From: Octopus vulgaris
Lineage: Eukaryota
Length of the DNA: 64,000 bases
Direction of reading: 5' to 3'
NCBI GenBank assembly: GCA_951406725.2
Contig: OX597816.1
Location: 156,984,001-157,048,000 of the forward strand
Below, in pieces: positions 14,046-27,906 of the stretch (within the stretch, counting starts at the first letter, position 1; each line of letters begins with the position of its first letter). The position numbers were made by a program, and so were the translations under genes. Under the pieces are notes generated by a model, which saw only the letters and a list, made by a program, of their open reading frames with translations, made no database searches and was not told the DNA's origin.

Positions 14046-14149
14046 CTATGAAAAAAAATTACTTAAGCGAATTCATTACGGAACCACATTCCTTACACTA
14101 TCGTTTTTTTTCACTTTATCTTTCTTTGTACGACAGCCCTCTCGAGCTA

Positions 14150-14750
14150 TGCCTTTTGTTTTTCTCTTCCCTTCATATCTTCGTTACCTGCTCCTCCCCT
14201 CTCTCTCTTTCATACCTTCCTCATTCTCTCTTCCCTCTCCTTCCCTTTCATATCTTCCTCTTTTTCTTATCTCTCTCCCTCATTCGGTTTCTCCCTCCCT
14301 TTCATATCTTCTCCTTTTCCCACTTCCCTCTCTCTCCCTTTATTTCTCTCTACATCTACCCCACTCCCTCTCTGTTTAATACCTCCCACCTTTTCTCTCC
14401 TCTCCCTCTGTCTCTCCTTCCTTTTCATATCTTCTTCCTTTTCTCACTTCTCTCTCCCTTCCTTTGTCGCTCTCTAAATCTACCTCTCCCTCTCTTATCT
14501 CCCCTCTCCCTCATATACTTCTCATCTTCTCTCCTCTTCTCACTCTGTCTCTCCCTTTCCCACACATTCTTTATTCTCTCCCCTCGCTCCCTTACTCTGT
14601 CTCTCTTTCTCTTCTCCTCTTCCCCCTCCCTCTGTCTCGCTATCGCCCCATACCCCTTTTCTGCTTCTTTATATCACCCTTACTCTTTACTTCATATCTC
14701 CCTTTGTCTTTCTTACTCCCTAACTCCCTCTGTCTCTCTCCCTTCCCCTC
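14150..14750. repeat. CT-rich low-complexity polypyrimidine tract
   Basis: Directly visible; explains the L/S/F/P-rich ORFs. Confidence 0.85.
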
Positions 14751-14759
14751 TATCAATGT

Positions 14760-15148
14760 TTCGCAGAACATATTGGACCCCAGCAATGTTGCACACCTGC
14801 AGCAGGATTTGAACTCAATTCACAGATGAGTAGTTTAATGCTGAAAAATTCCAAGCCCTGCCTTACGACGGTCTAAAACTGAATATAAAAGTTACGGAGT
14901 ACACTGGTCCACAGGGTATTACAATCCCAGAACCTAAATCAGTGAGTGACCTGGGTATCGACATGATTGATGATGCCTTTTTCGAAGTGCACATTACCAG
15001 GATGGCCACAAAGTGCAGACAACTCCGTGGATGGATCCTGAGAACGTTCAGAACCAGGGAGAAGGAAACCATGATAAACCTCTGGGAGACATCCGTTCCC
15101 AGCCACCTGGACTACTGCTCCCAGCTATGATCACCCAACAGTGTAACA
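14760..15148 (+). mobile_element. CR1-group LINE ORF2 fragment (RT C-terminal part)
   Basis: LQQDLNSIHR(W)..FNAEKFQAL..VSDLGI..GWILRTFRTRE..SHLDYCSQL*SP. Confidence 0.85.
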
Positions 15149-15151
15149 TTT

Positions 15152-15384
15152 GCTTGCTGGAGCACCGCCTTTAGTGGAACAAATTGACCAAAGAACTTAT
15201 TCTTTGTAAGCTTAGTACTTATTCTACCGGATTCTTTGGCCGAACTGCTAGATTACGAGACGAAAACACACAAACATCGGTTGTCAAGCGATGGAGGGGG
15301 AGAAGAAACACAGACACGCACATACACACATACATACGGACATGCATACATATATACATACATACATGCATGCACACACACACA

Positions 15385-15468
<84 letters not shown>

Positions 15469-15670
15469 GTGAGAATTTTCAAAAAACAACAAAAAACAAC
15501 AAAAAACGACACGGGTGTGTAAACAACAAACAGATGTATTAGTTTAACGCTCGGGAAGTGACAAAGTCTTTTACGTTTCGATTCTACGCTTTTCGACAGA
15601 AAGGAACAGTGAAATAAACAGGGAGAGAAAATAGAAAAAAGGTATAGTGGCTACCGATCTATCATGGTGA

Positions 15671-15717
<47 letters not shown>

Positions 15718-15878
15718 ACGGGCTTCTTTCAGTTTCCGTCTACCAAATCCACTCATAAGGCTTTGGTCGGCCCATTGCTATACTAGAAGATATTTACCCT
15801 TACTGTCACGCAGTGAGATTAAACCCCGAACAATGTGGTTGGCAAGCAAGCTTCTTACTACACAGTCATACTTGCACT
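15152..15878 (-). mobile_element. SINE family A interrupted by a solo pLTR
   Basis: 5' half 15716-15878 and 3' half 15152-15320 on the minus strand, separated by microsatellite plus pLTR. Confidence 0.85.
15467..15670 (-). mobile_element. Solo pseudo-LTR of Neptune-type Penelope-like element
   Basis: Homologous to 8491-8670; (TA)n on both sides. Confidence 0.82.
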
Positions 15879-16715
15879 ATTGTGTAAAATATGTAAGAAA
15901 AGGAGAGATTGAGTCGGATGATAGGGCAGATCTTTCAAACTATGACAAAAAAATCCTATACATGTCTTGCATCTAGTAGTTATCTAGTCTTTCTTTTCAT
16001 CTCTATTGGTACATGCTACCTCGTCGTCAAATTTGACAGTCGTATGTAGGAGTCGAAGTATGTGTGTCGTTGGAAGTGTGAATCCATATGTAGAAACGCA
16101 TGTGTTGGTATGTCTACGTGTTAAAAGATTTCTTTACATATCTTTACATGCTAAAACAATGCTTTGCATGTTTTCAGTTTCTTTAATTGCTTTGGAATTA
16201 AAATACTTTAAATAACTTTGATTGAATCCCAGTTTCTCAACATTACTATTGAGACAAGTAGTAATATAATATTTACACATGTTTATCTAAATCTATTTTT
16301 CGGTCAACGTATCTGCATATTTCTCATGAGTTCGACATAGTGTCTCTTCTGAAATGTTAATGCTTGTGTAAAGGACTACTGGACGAGCGATTGCTATGTA
16401 CGAGTGCATAAATATATACGTGTATGTGAGTGTGTGTACATGTCTTTATATGAAGCAATTATGAGTTGTATAGTTATTATAAACACACACACTTACGAGT
16501 AAGTACCATTCTATATATGATAACTTTGTATAGGTATCCAATTATTAGATGTCTCTGTGATGGCTTAGGGTTTTGCAATATTATCGTGTTGGTGTCATTG
16601 GTAGCGTACACTACTTGCTTCTGATTATATTCAGTCATTTGCATTCATTGTGGTTGAGAGTTATGCATTCATACTAGTTTGACATAATCAATTTAAGCGA
16701 TTCCTGAGAGAGGAA

Positions 16716-16787
<72 letters not shown>

Positions 16788-16932
16788 ATGCGTGTATGTG
16801 TATGTGTGTATGTATGTATGTATGTATGTATGTATGTATGTATGTATGTATGTATGTATGTGTGTATGTATGTATGTATGTATGTATGCTTGTATGTATG
16901 TATGCATGCATGTATGTATGTATGTATGTATA
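16716..16932. repeat. (TG)n/(TATG)n microsatellite
   Basis: Directly visible. Confidence 0.95.
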
Positions 16933-19454
16933 TTTGGTGAGAAATAATTAGTTTTGAAAACTTGGCTATCTACTTTGCAGGTTTGAATATCTGAGAATTG
17001 CTTATATTTTTCGTGAAACTCAAACCCATGACAAAAATGTGACACGTTATACTTGTGCCGAGAGAACTCCAGAAATTTGTGGATATGTCGAGGATTTCCT
17101 ATGTACAAATATATTATATCTAATCATAATTCACTTTTATTGGTACGTATCTGTGAGTAGTTACATCGTTTATGAGAAATATGACCATATGCAATTGCGT
17201 GTGTCTACATTCATTCCAGGAGATGCAATTGTAAAATCGTTGAAATGTTTACAAATATTTACTCTGACATGACTGAACTAGATCTGGGGGAAGTAATGTT
17301 GTTTTACACTTCCTTCTTAAGCTCCTGCATTTCCTGCATTTATGCGAATATGTTGTTACATAAACCAGGCATTTACGTATGTGAGAACAAATGAGAATCT
17401 ATAGCTAAGATAAAGTAATTATATGTATCTTGTGAGATTACGGTAGCAGCTGATTTCATTCAACAATTTGAAACTCTTTTCGCATCAATTGAGCAGCCTT
17501 CCTCTACAAGATGACATGTTTCATAATTCATAGAAAGATATCAAATCTGTTGATTTATTCGCAGATTTTATTGAAATGTTCCATCTATGTTAATCTTTTT
17601 TCGAGGTATGGACATATTCTCATTGTGATGAACATTTCATATGAAATTCAAGAAAATTATTCCCACGGATAGAATAGTTAAGTTACATTGTCGTTGCCAC
17701 GTATCTTAGAAAGATAGAAGAGTGAGTTCATGGTTAGCAGATATGGGTGATATGCTGCATATAAATACACACACACTCACACACAAGCACATACAATACA
17801 CGCACACACGCAAATACACGAGCATCAAATTTCCATAGAGAGATAGAGAGATATGCATATATCTATTTATAATGCATGTGTGTGTGTGATAATAACGACT
17901 ATGGAGGCATGTACATCCGCAAATCTTATTATGCGGTGACTACCCACTGTTGCAAATGCAACCTTGTAATATTGTCGGCGCGGTTTCATCAGGGTCCGTC
18001 CATTTGGTCATCCTTAAAGTGAAGTGAGCGAAGTGATTGAAGTTTGTTAGCGTTCTGTGGGAGGTGGGCGTTTTGTTATGTATAGGTATATGCAGCTCAC
18101 TTCAACTCCACCCCAGTCGCTGTCCGAAGTTATGGTTTGATCTAAAACAGTTGAAGGTCGAGATTATTTCTTTTGTAAGGCTCTTTGTTCATTTTAATGG
18201 TTGTGTGCGCTACGTTTTAATTTCGAGTGTAGAGTTTGTAGTGAAAAGTTTATATTGTTTATTTTCAATTTTTGCTTAAGCTATCTCATAATTTGTGTCA
18301 TACAATGATTAGGGCATGTGCATTTTTGGATTTTTTCAGTTTGGCTGCAAATTTCAAAGTTTATTGAAAATTTTAAAATTGGGTATATTGATGTAATTTT
18401 CCACGCTGAATCTCAGGAATTATTTCACTTTTTCCAAAAGTTCTTTTAAAAAGCTGTACAGATTTAAAGTTTGATCATTTTTACCCAGTCAGGAAACAGA
18501 ATTTTCAAGCTGTCACTTTGTGCCGGACAGCATGTGTTGTCAACTCTACACAGACGAAATATTGGTGAAATTCTGCTTTACGCACGCCATATGACTCCTC
18601 ATAGTTGCTTTGTTTTTTTATTTTTTTCGAATTTTCAGAAAACATTTGCCAATCTGTATTCTATACATAGGAATTCATACGATAATGCAAAAAAATTGAA
18701 ACGTGTGATTTAAGGCCTTTTTCGCTGTTATTTTTAGCACATTTCACCACTACTAGAGTGAATAGAATATATTTGTCAACACGTGCTTTCTCGCAGACAA
18801 ATGAGTTCTCATGCTTGGCCTAATACTATGGAAACAAACATGAAAATGTCTGTCACTTACGATAGGCCAAAATTATTCAAAATTGATTTATAGAAAAATT
18901 AACTTTATGTCAATAATTAGCATACAAAACAACATCGTTACACCAAATATGAAATAAATTAGAACAAAAATTGGAAAGTAGCACATAAACAGAAAAGATA
19001 TGTTTATTAAATATTCTTATGTTTAGTTTATGTTATTCTATTTGTTACATGAAGCTGAATTGTTACTCAGAGAGTTGTGACATGTTCTCCTTTAAAAAAA
19101 GTCGTTTTAAAATTTCTTTAAAGTATAGTTTCTAACATTTACGCTGTTTTTTCATTTCCCCCTCACCGACTTATGATCCCTACCAAATTGAACTGATATA
19201 ATCTACCAACATTATTTTAAGAAACCGACAATAACACAACTCCATACTATATGTAAATGATTAATGCTACAAAAAAATTAGCAAACGCAAATTATGTCCT
19301 GATTATGACACATCGATCAGTATGAATCCCTATAAAAGTTTTCTTTTTTATATACGTACCTGACTGAATTAATTCAATAACAAACTTTTCCCATAAAACT
19401 AGAAATGTCGTCTTCACGAATTATTTAAATCCATCAACACCCTTCACAAGATTT

Positions 19455-19509
<55 letters not shown>

Positions 19510-19616
19510 AAAGTCACAACGAAAGCTGATATATTGAATTCACAGTGAAAATTTTCATAAAGAATCTTGCAAACCAAATCCCAAAACGAAAATATATATA
19601 TGTGTGTGTGTGTGTT

Positions 19617-19667
<51 letters not shown>

Positions 19668-21127
19668 TTTATATATATATCCGTATATATATTCATACAT
19701 ATATATGTATGTAAGTATGCATGTATGTATGTGTGTGTGTAATATTTATGATTGTATGTATACATGTATAATCCAGCGTATTTCCAGAATTATTCACTGA
19801 ATCTGTTTACAAGAATTTCTTACGTGTAAACACGTGTGTGTGTGTGTGTGTGTATTTAATGTAGCACTCCTTAAGAAAACTATAAACCGGATCAAGCAAG
19901 GAAGAAATACAATAACACTAATGGCAATATGTTTCCAACCATGACCAATACTCCACTCAACCATGAACTTATATATACATCATTACATAGAAAGTAAGTT
20001 TGTCTACGTACTTAGAATCAGCAGTCAAATCTTCCTCAGACATCGATCAATTGTCGACATCTTTATACATGGGTAATTGAACTTTGATAATGCCCCATCG
20101 TAAAGCTATACTTTTTCACTACTAATCATTTTCTTAAACGATTAATCAAAATGGCTTCAATATCAGGTAATTTTCTTGTTTTTTTTTCTTTGGTTAGTCT
20201 ATGCGTATTTCTGTATCTATGCTTTTGTCGTTATTGATTATTGTCATTGTTCAGTCCTCTATCAATACTGATCAAGTAAACCTATCACTTGACATCATTT
20301 TCCTTTTAAGATATCATGTATCTAAGACTACATCATCAAATGCGACTTAGTGTTTTTAATACTTTCGGACAGTAATTTTTTTATTTAAAATATAATTCGC
20401 TTTTATTTCTAGTTGGACAAACCAGCATATAGAAGCACCCTCTGAGTATTGTGTTGTTGTGTGTGTATACCTTCCTATGGAGATATCTGCATTGGTGATT
20501 GTAGCTCTAATTCTGCGTATTTGTATGAGCGAACATACATCAGGCAACTACGCTTTCAAACATGGTTCTTCACATACTCACATGACCCACCCTCTCGTAC
20601 TGTTTCTGCATAGGTGGATGGGGGTACGCCTGAGTTAAGTGCGACTTTACCTTAGTTCTGATGCAGAGCCTAGATAATGTCTCCTTCTATATTACAGCTA
20701 TTACGCACAGATTCTGTTTTCTGCTAGGGTAATAATGATCAAGCTGTAATATTCTTCTAAAATTGTTCTGTAATAATTGAATCAAACACAGATTCAACGA
20801 GAAGAAGTACCTCATTATACAAAATTTGACAATTTTCAGTTAGTTCTAAATTTTCAAAATCTGTGACAACAATAACAAAGATGTCTCTCCCCATCTCACG
20901 CCCTCTCTTTCATTCATTTTCCGATTTTCTCACGGTAGACTTATTCCCTTTCAATACATTTTTGCCACACTCTCTCTCCCTCGATATACAAGTATATCGC
21001 TTATGCTGATTGTATATGCGTGTTTGTTGGTGAGAATGAATGCGTGTAAGGAACTTCATTAGAGGCAAGGAGTGATTTAAAAAGTTATGTAGACGGTAAT
21101 ATATTTTCTGTTAGTAAATATGCTTTT

Positions 21128-21178
<51 letters not shown>

Positions 21179-22636
21179 GACTCACTTGACGCTGGATGGG
21201 AATTAAAAATCATCTAGAAACCATGGTCTGTGCGTATCACGTAAGGCTGAAGATGGAAGCGATGACCTCCCTTGCAAACAGTATACGGACACAGACTGTG
21301 TGTCGATAGCCAGCTGGAAACGATGTTTTCCTGGGGCTTAAACGACAGTAACATCGTCTTTTATAGGACCTCCACATTCTATTGGGAAATAAACTTTACT
21401 ATACACACACAGACTCACCTGTTTTTGCCACACACACACATATATGAATATATCTACTCAGATAGAGATATAGACGTGTATACAGATAGAAATATATAAA
21501 TATAAGAAGTACATATATAAATCCGATGCATAAAATTAATTAATTAATAAAATAAATGAATGTATAAAATGTTAGACAATAAAGGACTACAGGGATTAAG
21601 AGCTCATACACTGGACTCTCAAATATTCCGCTAGGGGTTTCGACACAGAATTTGAAAAACATTGCATTAGAAATAGCTAACTTGGGAGAATAAATGATAT
21701 ATTGTTACATACTAACTGATTGACAGAGAAAGTGGCTCAAGTACATGACTTAACAACTAGCAAGTATTGATAGCCAAGTTGACGTTAAAGCACAAATTGT
21801 CCCTAGCATTCAATACGAGTTTACTTAACTAAATAACAGAGTATAGTTTTAAATAAATGGTTGGAGATAAGAGATTGAAAAGTATATATTCGGAGCATCT
21901 TATCTAAAATGTTTAAACAAAAAAGTGTTTCTCATGTAGTGCAAGCATTTTACCCTTGGATTCATTCACGATACTATCAGAACATTTTATAATTTCCAAT
22001 AATCCAGTGCCGCAATGTCCCCACCGATAACTAGATTTTGTAGTCTTATGTGTATATATAAGTTTGTTTGTGTGTTTGCGTGTATATATTTATGGCAATT
22101 TATATACTTACATTCACTGTGATATGTGTGTAACTATATATATGTGCGTGTTTGTGTGTGTTTGTGTGTGTATGTGTGTAGTGTATGTATATCGATGTAT
22201 GTGTATGTATATACATATGTGTGCATGTGTGCGTGTGTGTCTCTTGTAGTGTGGATGGAAATTGTAGTGTTGTAGTATGTGGTATGGATAAGAAGTGATG
22301 AACAGTCATGACTGTGTGATGTTCTATGTCGTTGGTCGGTGTATTCCTTAACGTGTCTTCTTTAACTGACAAGAAATTTGCTAAGGAATGATGACTTTTT
22401 TAATTACAAAGAATTGCAACGCCATGTCAGTCGCTTTGTTTCTGTTATTTGGTATCATTGTTAAACTATGAACTAATTTAGATTGTATATTTCTATGATT
22501 ACTTTCTTATTTGCTTGCGTTAAGCCACACCTTCCATTACTCTAATATATTCGAATATAAAACTTAATTAAGCCTCTAGTCCAGTTAAAGTTGGTAAATT
22601 TCGAGTTTAAAATCTTACCCGTCTGAAATATCTTAC

Positions 22637-22941
22637 CTGATGTTAGTGGATTATATGTTAGGGTGTAGTCTTTTATGATTGAGTGAACCGATTGTATTAA
22701 TGAAAAAACACCTCGAAATCCATGAATATCAGACGTATATTTATAAAAAAATCTGTAAACAGGTTGCATTGGTTTGAACGAACACGCTTTATTGCATAAT
22801 AATAAAACTGTTTCATCTTCACCTTCCCAGAAGATAATTGCCCAAGTATTATATAATACATTAAATTTATTACATTGCATCAGTATTATTTTACCAGCAT
22901 TGGAAAATGAAGACTCCTCAATTATGAACACGAAATATTTG
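22637..22941 (-). CDS. Candidate internal exon encoding a CUB-like domain
   Basis: Non-repetitive open frame bounded by tttag| acceptor and cag|gtaaga donor; GKIILMQCNKFNV...IIFWEGEDE...LLLCNK...RFFYKYTSDIHGFRGVFS resembles the CUB pattern by eye. Confidence 0.35.
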
Positions 22942-23320
22942 CTAAATTAAGCCATATTCCGCAGAATATATACACAACCACATCCAAAGAAATAAAGAAA
23001 AAATGCTACAAAATCGATAACCACAAGTACAATTTAGCTGGTCAATAAAACTGATGAATGAAGAAAGCAAACTAATCAAAAATGTACATTATATAATATA
23101 TAATGTATATACACACAAATACAGTACACATATATATATAAATATATCAATAATACAATTTATATGTGTATGTTCGTGTATGAGTGTGTGTGCGAATATA
23201 TATTTTTGTACACACACACGTATGTTATGCGCAGTTACAATATAGATGCATGCAGTCCAGATATGATGTAAAATACCTTAGTGAGTGGATGGTGGGCGGA
23301 CAGTAGCGTCAGGTAATAAA

Positions 23321-23781
23321 TATTTCTTTACTGTCCACAAGGGGGTAAACATAGAGGGGACAAACTTGGACAAACAAAGGGATTAAGCCGATTACATCGA
23401 CCCCAGTGCGAAACTGGTACATTTTATTTATCGACCCTGAAAGTATGAAAGGCAAAGACGACCTCGGCGGAATTTGAACTCAGAACGTAACGACAGACGA
23501 AATACCTATTTCTTTACTACCCACAAGGGGCTAAACACAGAAAGGACAAACAAGGACAGACAAACGGATTAAGTCGATTATATCGACCCCAGTGCATAAC
23601 TGGTACTTAATTTATCGACCCCGAAAGGATGAAAGGCAAAGTCGACCACGGCGGAATTTGAACTCAGAACGTAACGACAGACGAAATACCTATTTCTTTA
23701 CTACCCACAAGGGGCTAAACACAGACAGGACAAACAAGGAAAGACAGACGGATTAAGTCGATTATACCGACCCCAGTGCGT
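23321..23781 (-). mobile_element. SINE family B, headless tandem array (about 2.5 x 185 bp)
   Basis: Units start at 23321, 23507 and 23691; contain B box GAGTTCAAATTC and GCCTTTCATCCTTTCGGGGTCGATAAA domain. Confidence 0.88.
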
Positions 23782-24289
23782 ACCTGTATTATTGTGCACG
23801 TTACTGCACACTGTATAAACATTACATTGTTTAAATGCTCACAATTATGATCACAGTAAAATTTTGTACGAACTGTACTCTGTATTTACAAGCCACCCGT
23901 GTTTTATTGAATCTTGCGTTCCCTTAACAAGATAATTATACCATCCATTGCTCGCTTTTACTTTTTGCTCTTATGTTAAACCAATAATACTTCATCTCAT
24001 GCAAGTGCGATAAACAATTATGTAATCCTTACCCGTGGTGTTTATGTTTTTTCTTTCACTCTTTTTTCTTTTCGTCGTCGATCTTGTTTTCGGTATCTTT
24101 GACGTTGTTGTTGCTGTTGTTGTTGTTGCCGTCGTCGTCGTCGTCGTCGTTGTAGTTTTTGTCGGCTTTAGCTATGTTTCTTGGTATTTACTTTGTTAAT
24201 TGTTAATTGTTAATGCTATTAAGACTGTGCTAAGTTAACATTGAATGTGCAAATCTATAATAAAAGTTGTTTTAGTCTTGTTCGTCCTT

Positions 24290-24900
24290 CGTCTTATTTC
24301 GATGAATAACGTATCAAAGACTACTTTATGGAATATATTCTTCAACAGAGAGACTACGTTACATATCCTGGATACTACAATGTCCCAGGTGTCACTTCCA
24401 GGTCATTATCAACAGCTGTAAAAATGTATCAACATTTGTGCATAGCACAAACTGGCTGATTACTATTTCTGATCATCGGGGACTACATTTTTAGGTATAG
24501 TCCTTTCCCCAGTCAAGACAAAGAACATCTCAAGCGATCAAGAGATCCGCAGAAGAGGTATCTGTTTGGCCATCACTTTCCTGATGTTCTTTCCTCCACC
24601 GTAGACTCATTTTCCTTTAAGGATTTTGCACCAATGTCCATCTGTTTCTCGATGTAAAGAAAGTTTATCACCGGATCATCAATGAAGATGAGAACATGGC
24701 GATTTATGTAAGTCGGTTCTTTATACCTAGTCGTCCTCTGTACATGTTCAAAATCATCAGACAGTCGAGTATTTAAAAGTCAACAAAGTTGACTTACTTC
24801 AGGCCGTGCATTGAATACATTCTTTTCTATGGAACCAAAACCTGGGCTATAAAGAAGAAGCCTCAAATTTAACTTGATGGTACGTACGTCTGGTTCCTGA
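24290..24900 (-). mobile_element. Highly decayed LINE (RTE-like) RT N-terminal fragment
   Basis: Scattered motifs on minus (W..I.KG, Q.GF, NFVDF); many stops. Confidence 0.3.
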
Positions 24901-25398
24901 TGGGTGCTTAAAGAATCTCATAGCGCGATCACAAAACCAACGAAATGTATTGACATATTCCATGTATGTGTACTGCTCTTGCACGACGCCAGACAAGCTG
25001 CGCTAGCCGCTATTATAGTATTGAACACCGGGTGGTTGTAGATGTTATATCTTGGTAACTCTCCCACTCTAATAGAGATGGAAGACATCCAACGACATTG
25101 GTATTTTTAACAAAGAGGCAAAGCATGAAACTAAAGATGTACCAAAACTAAATCGAATATGAGAACTTGGGTAAAACGCAGTGAAACGCATCTCGATTGC
25201 GACTACCTGTAAATGAATAAGAAGGCAGCGGAGTGTGACCTACAACGAAGATATGGTTGTTATTTTTAGGAACTTCTATGGCTATGGAGAGTTTTCCTCT
25301 TTGATTTCGCTGTCTCGTTTGTTCGGTATGTATGGATTTGTATAGCTTGACTTTTTAAATGAAATCCAGATTAAAATTGTTGTTCAGTTCTCTATATA

Positions 25399-26258
25399 CA
25401 GGGTGCGATGGGTCACTATTTTATATTTTTTTTATTTCGTGCATGGGAATTGCTTGCCTTTGATTTTGTCGACTACAGAGTATAGTAGGGTCAGTTGGAC
25501 ACCGTCTGTGAGAAAAATAGCACCATGACGCAACTCAATCGGCCATAAATTTAAGAAACAACATGCTATACTGATTGGTATTCGCGCACGAATCTCCAGT
25601 ACGATTTTAGAGTGTTTGGGTGTCAATCTGAGGACATTGCATGTACCTAAAGTAATAAAGATCAAACATCCAGTCAACATCATGGTGTTTGGAGTTGTCA
25701 GTAGAGATGGTGATGTTATGCCACCATTCATCTCCCCACACGGTCTCAGACTCAACATGGAGGTCTACATCAAGTGCATGAAAGAGGTAGTGCTTCCCTG
25801 GGTCAAGAGGACGGCTGCAGGAAGACCCTATATCTTCTGGCAATAGAACTCTGCATCATGCCGCACAAATAGGAGAACCCAGTCATGCCTGCCAGATAAT
25901 TTCTGCGAACATATCACCCCTAATTAGCCACTTAACTCCCAGGACGCATTATTATGTGTGAAGTGCAGTTGAGCGAGAGAGCACCGAAACTCCTTCCAAC
26001 ACCAGAAATGAACGGAAGGCAAGGATTATAGCGGCATTCACTAACTTAAGCAAGGAGACCGTCCAGACAAGTTGCAGAAGATTCCGAAGTCGTCTGGAGG
26101 CATGAGTTGAAGCCAGTGGCGATTTTATTGAATAAATTTACTCTTTAGCATTTCAAGATATTTTTATGTAATTTTGTTAAATATATCTGTTAAAATGAGA
26201 TGTCAGTGTTATTTTCATTATTGTGTAATTTAGACGACAATATACTTACCACACTCTG
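25399..26258 (+). mobile_element. Internally deleted Tc1/mariner-superfamily transposon (maT/DD37D-like)
   Basis: KHPVNIMVFGVVSRDGDVMPPF...YIKCMKEVVLPW...GRPYIFWQ; ends TA-CAGGGTG ... CACTCTG-TA. Confidence 0.82.
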
Positions 26259-27296
26259 TAAAACAATGAGATTTTAGTCATATAGTGCCTCACTGTTTCC
26301 ATCAATACTTGCAAATCTCCCGTATTATCAGCATAGAATTATCTATGTGAACTGCGAAAGCGTTATTAAAGTACTTCGAATGAAGTTCTCTGACTGCGAA
26401 GAATCATGTGCTTCTTCCACTGAGACAATATTGGCATTAAATTTACGAACTGAAAATAATTGTTTTGAAAACATCACTGAAATTTTCAAGCGAGAATCAT
26501 AGAGCATCGTGATAAATTAAATCATATGACACATCGAGCAAGTTGAGATAAACACAAGTGTTAGAATAAAGAGGACTACTATGATTAATAGTCAAACATC
26601 ACTATTATTAAATGTCAAAGCTAATCCTGAAAATGCGTTGCTTTACTTCTCCCACTATATGTTCTGTGCTTAACTGCATAGATTACGATGTATACCTAAA
26701 TATATGTTCAAAAGGGCAAAATTATGGCTGCGTTATTTGTAACGTCAAACATACTGCGCGCGCCAAACCTTAGCTAAGTGTGTTCTAATATAGACTGTAG
26801 TTTTGTGTTCATTATATAGTGTGTTGAATTTGACAAATAGAAATTATACGCAAACCCATCATGTAAATTTCGTACTCTTAGACGTATTGGAGACGCCATT
26901 CGATCTATTGATGAGCGAATTTTTACTCACATTTACAACTTTATACCAGTATGTCTCAAAACCATATTGTAAGGTATTGTGATTTCAGAGGACGAACACA
27001 GTATGAACTGTAAATTTTTTCTTACAAGTTTTCACGTCCGTGCAAATTATCCCTTCTTCTCCTCCAGTTTGACATTGGTATTTTCGACATGGGCAGACGG
27101 TGCGTCGTTACAACAACCTAGCCAAAGAGGTGTTGTTAATCCTTGTCGAAGATTCGAAAGTTCGTTTGTTCGTGGTAGAATACAATCGAGTGTGTTTTCA
27201 GATTGCGTATTTTTATATTATGTTTATCCTAGGCTAGTTCATTTGTTGCATTGTTGTATTATTGTTGTATTGATGTGGTCCTTTCGGTTTGTCATA

Positions 27297-27360
<64 letters not shown>

Positions 27361-27866
27361 GGTGGTGGTAGTAGTAGTAGTAGTAGTTTAGGCCACACTT
27401 GTAGAAATATCAGCAGTTGTCGTTTTTTTCTTAACCTTAATGGTTTTGCAGCAGCCACAGGTGGACATAGTATTTGTAATGTTACCGTTTGAATTTTGGA
27501 CTGTCAAAAAGGAAAATTGTTATTCTTAAAAGAGTTAGAGGCGACGTTTTTTATAGAAAATTTCCTTTAGCCGTGACAAACAGCTACATACATTTTAATG
27601 TGTGGTAAAGACGTTATATCCATATAAATTATTTTTTACGTAAGAAACAAATTCAAATGTGCATATTTGATTTTTATTCCAGCCCAAAAGGGAAGGAGAA
27701 AAATTAAGAGAAATAGCCCTCAGACATCTTGATTCCGTTCATAACAAAATTATTCCCCATAAAATATCACTGAAAGTTTCTAAATAGGCAAAAAGCAACA
27801 CACAACACTCGTTCTCGAGTATCGGTTTCTAAAACAGAAACCAATAATAATAGTAATGATGATGAC

Positions 27867-27905
<39 letters not shown>

Positions 27906-27906
27906 A

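Noticed and set aside
17930-18003. Minus-strand CTGATGA-aacc...ggtt as a hammerhead
   Set aside because: GAAA is replaced by GCAT, the triplet is GUG and stem III is unconvincing; probably part of an unclassified repeat.
21245-21290. CTGAAGA...gcaaac HHR-like string
   Set aside because: No GAAA in register and no stems I or III.
23321-23781. CRISPR-like or satellite array
   Set aside because: The units are SINE bodies with no unique spacers, in a eukaryotic context.
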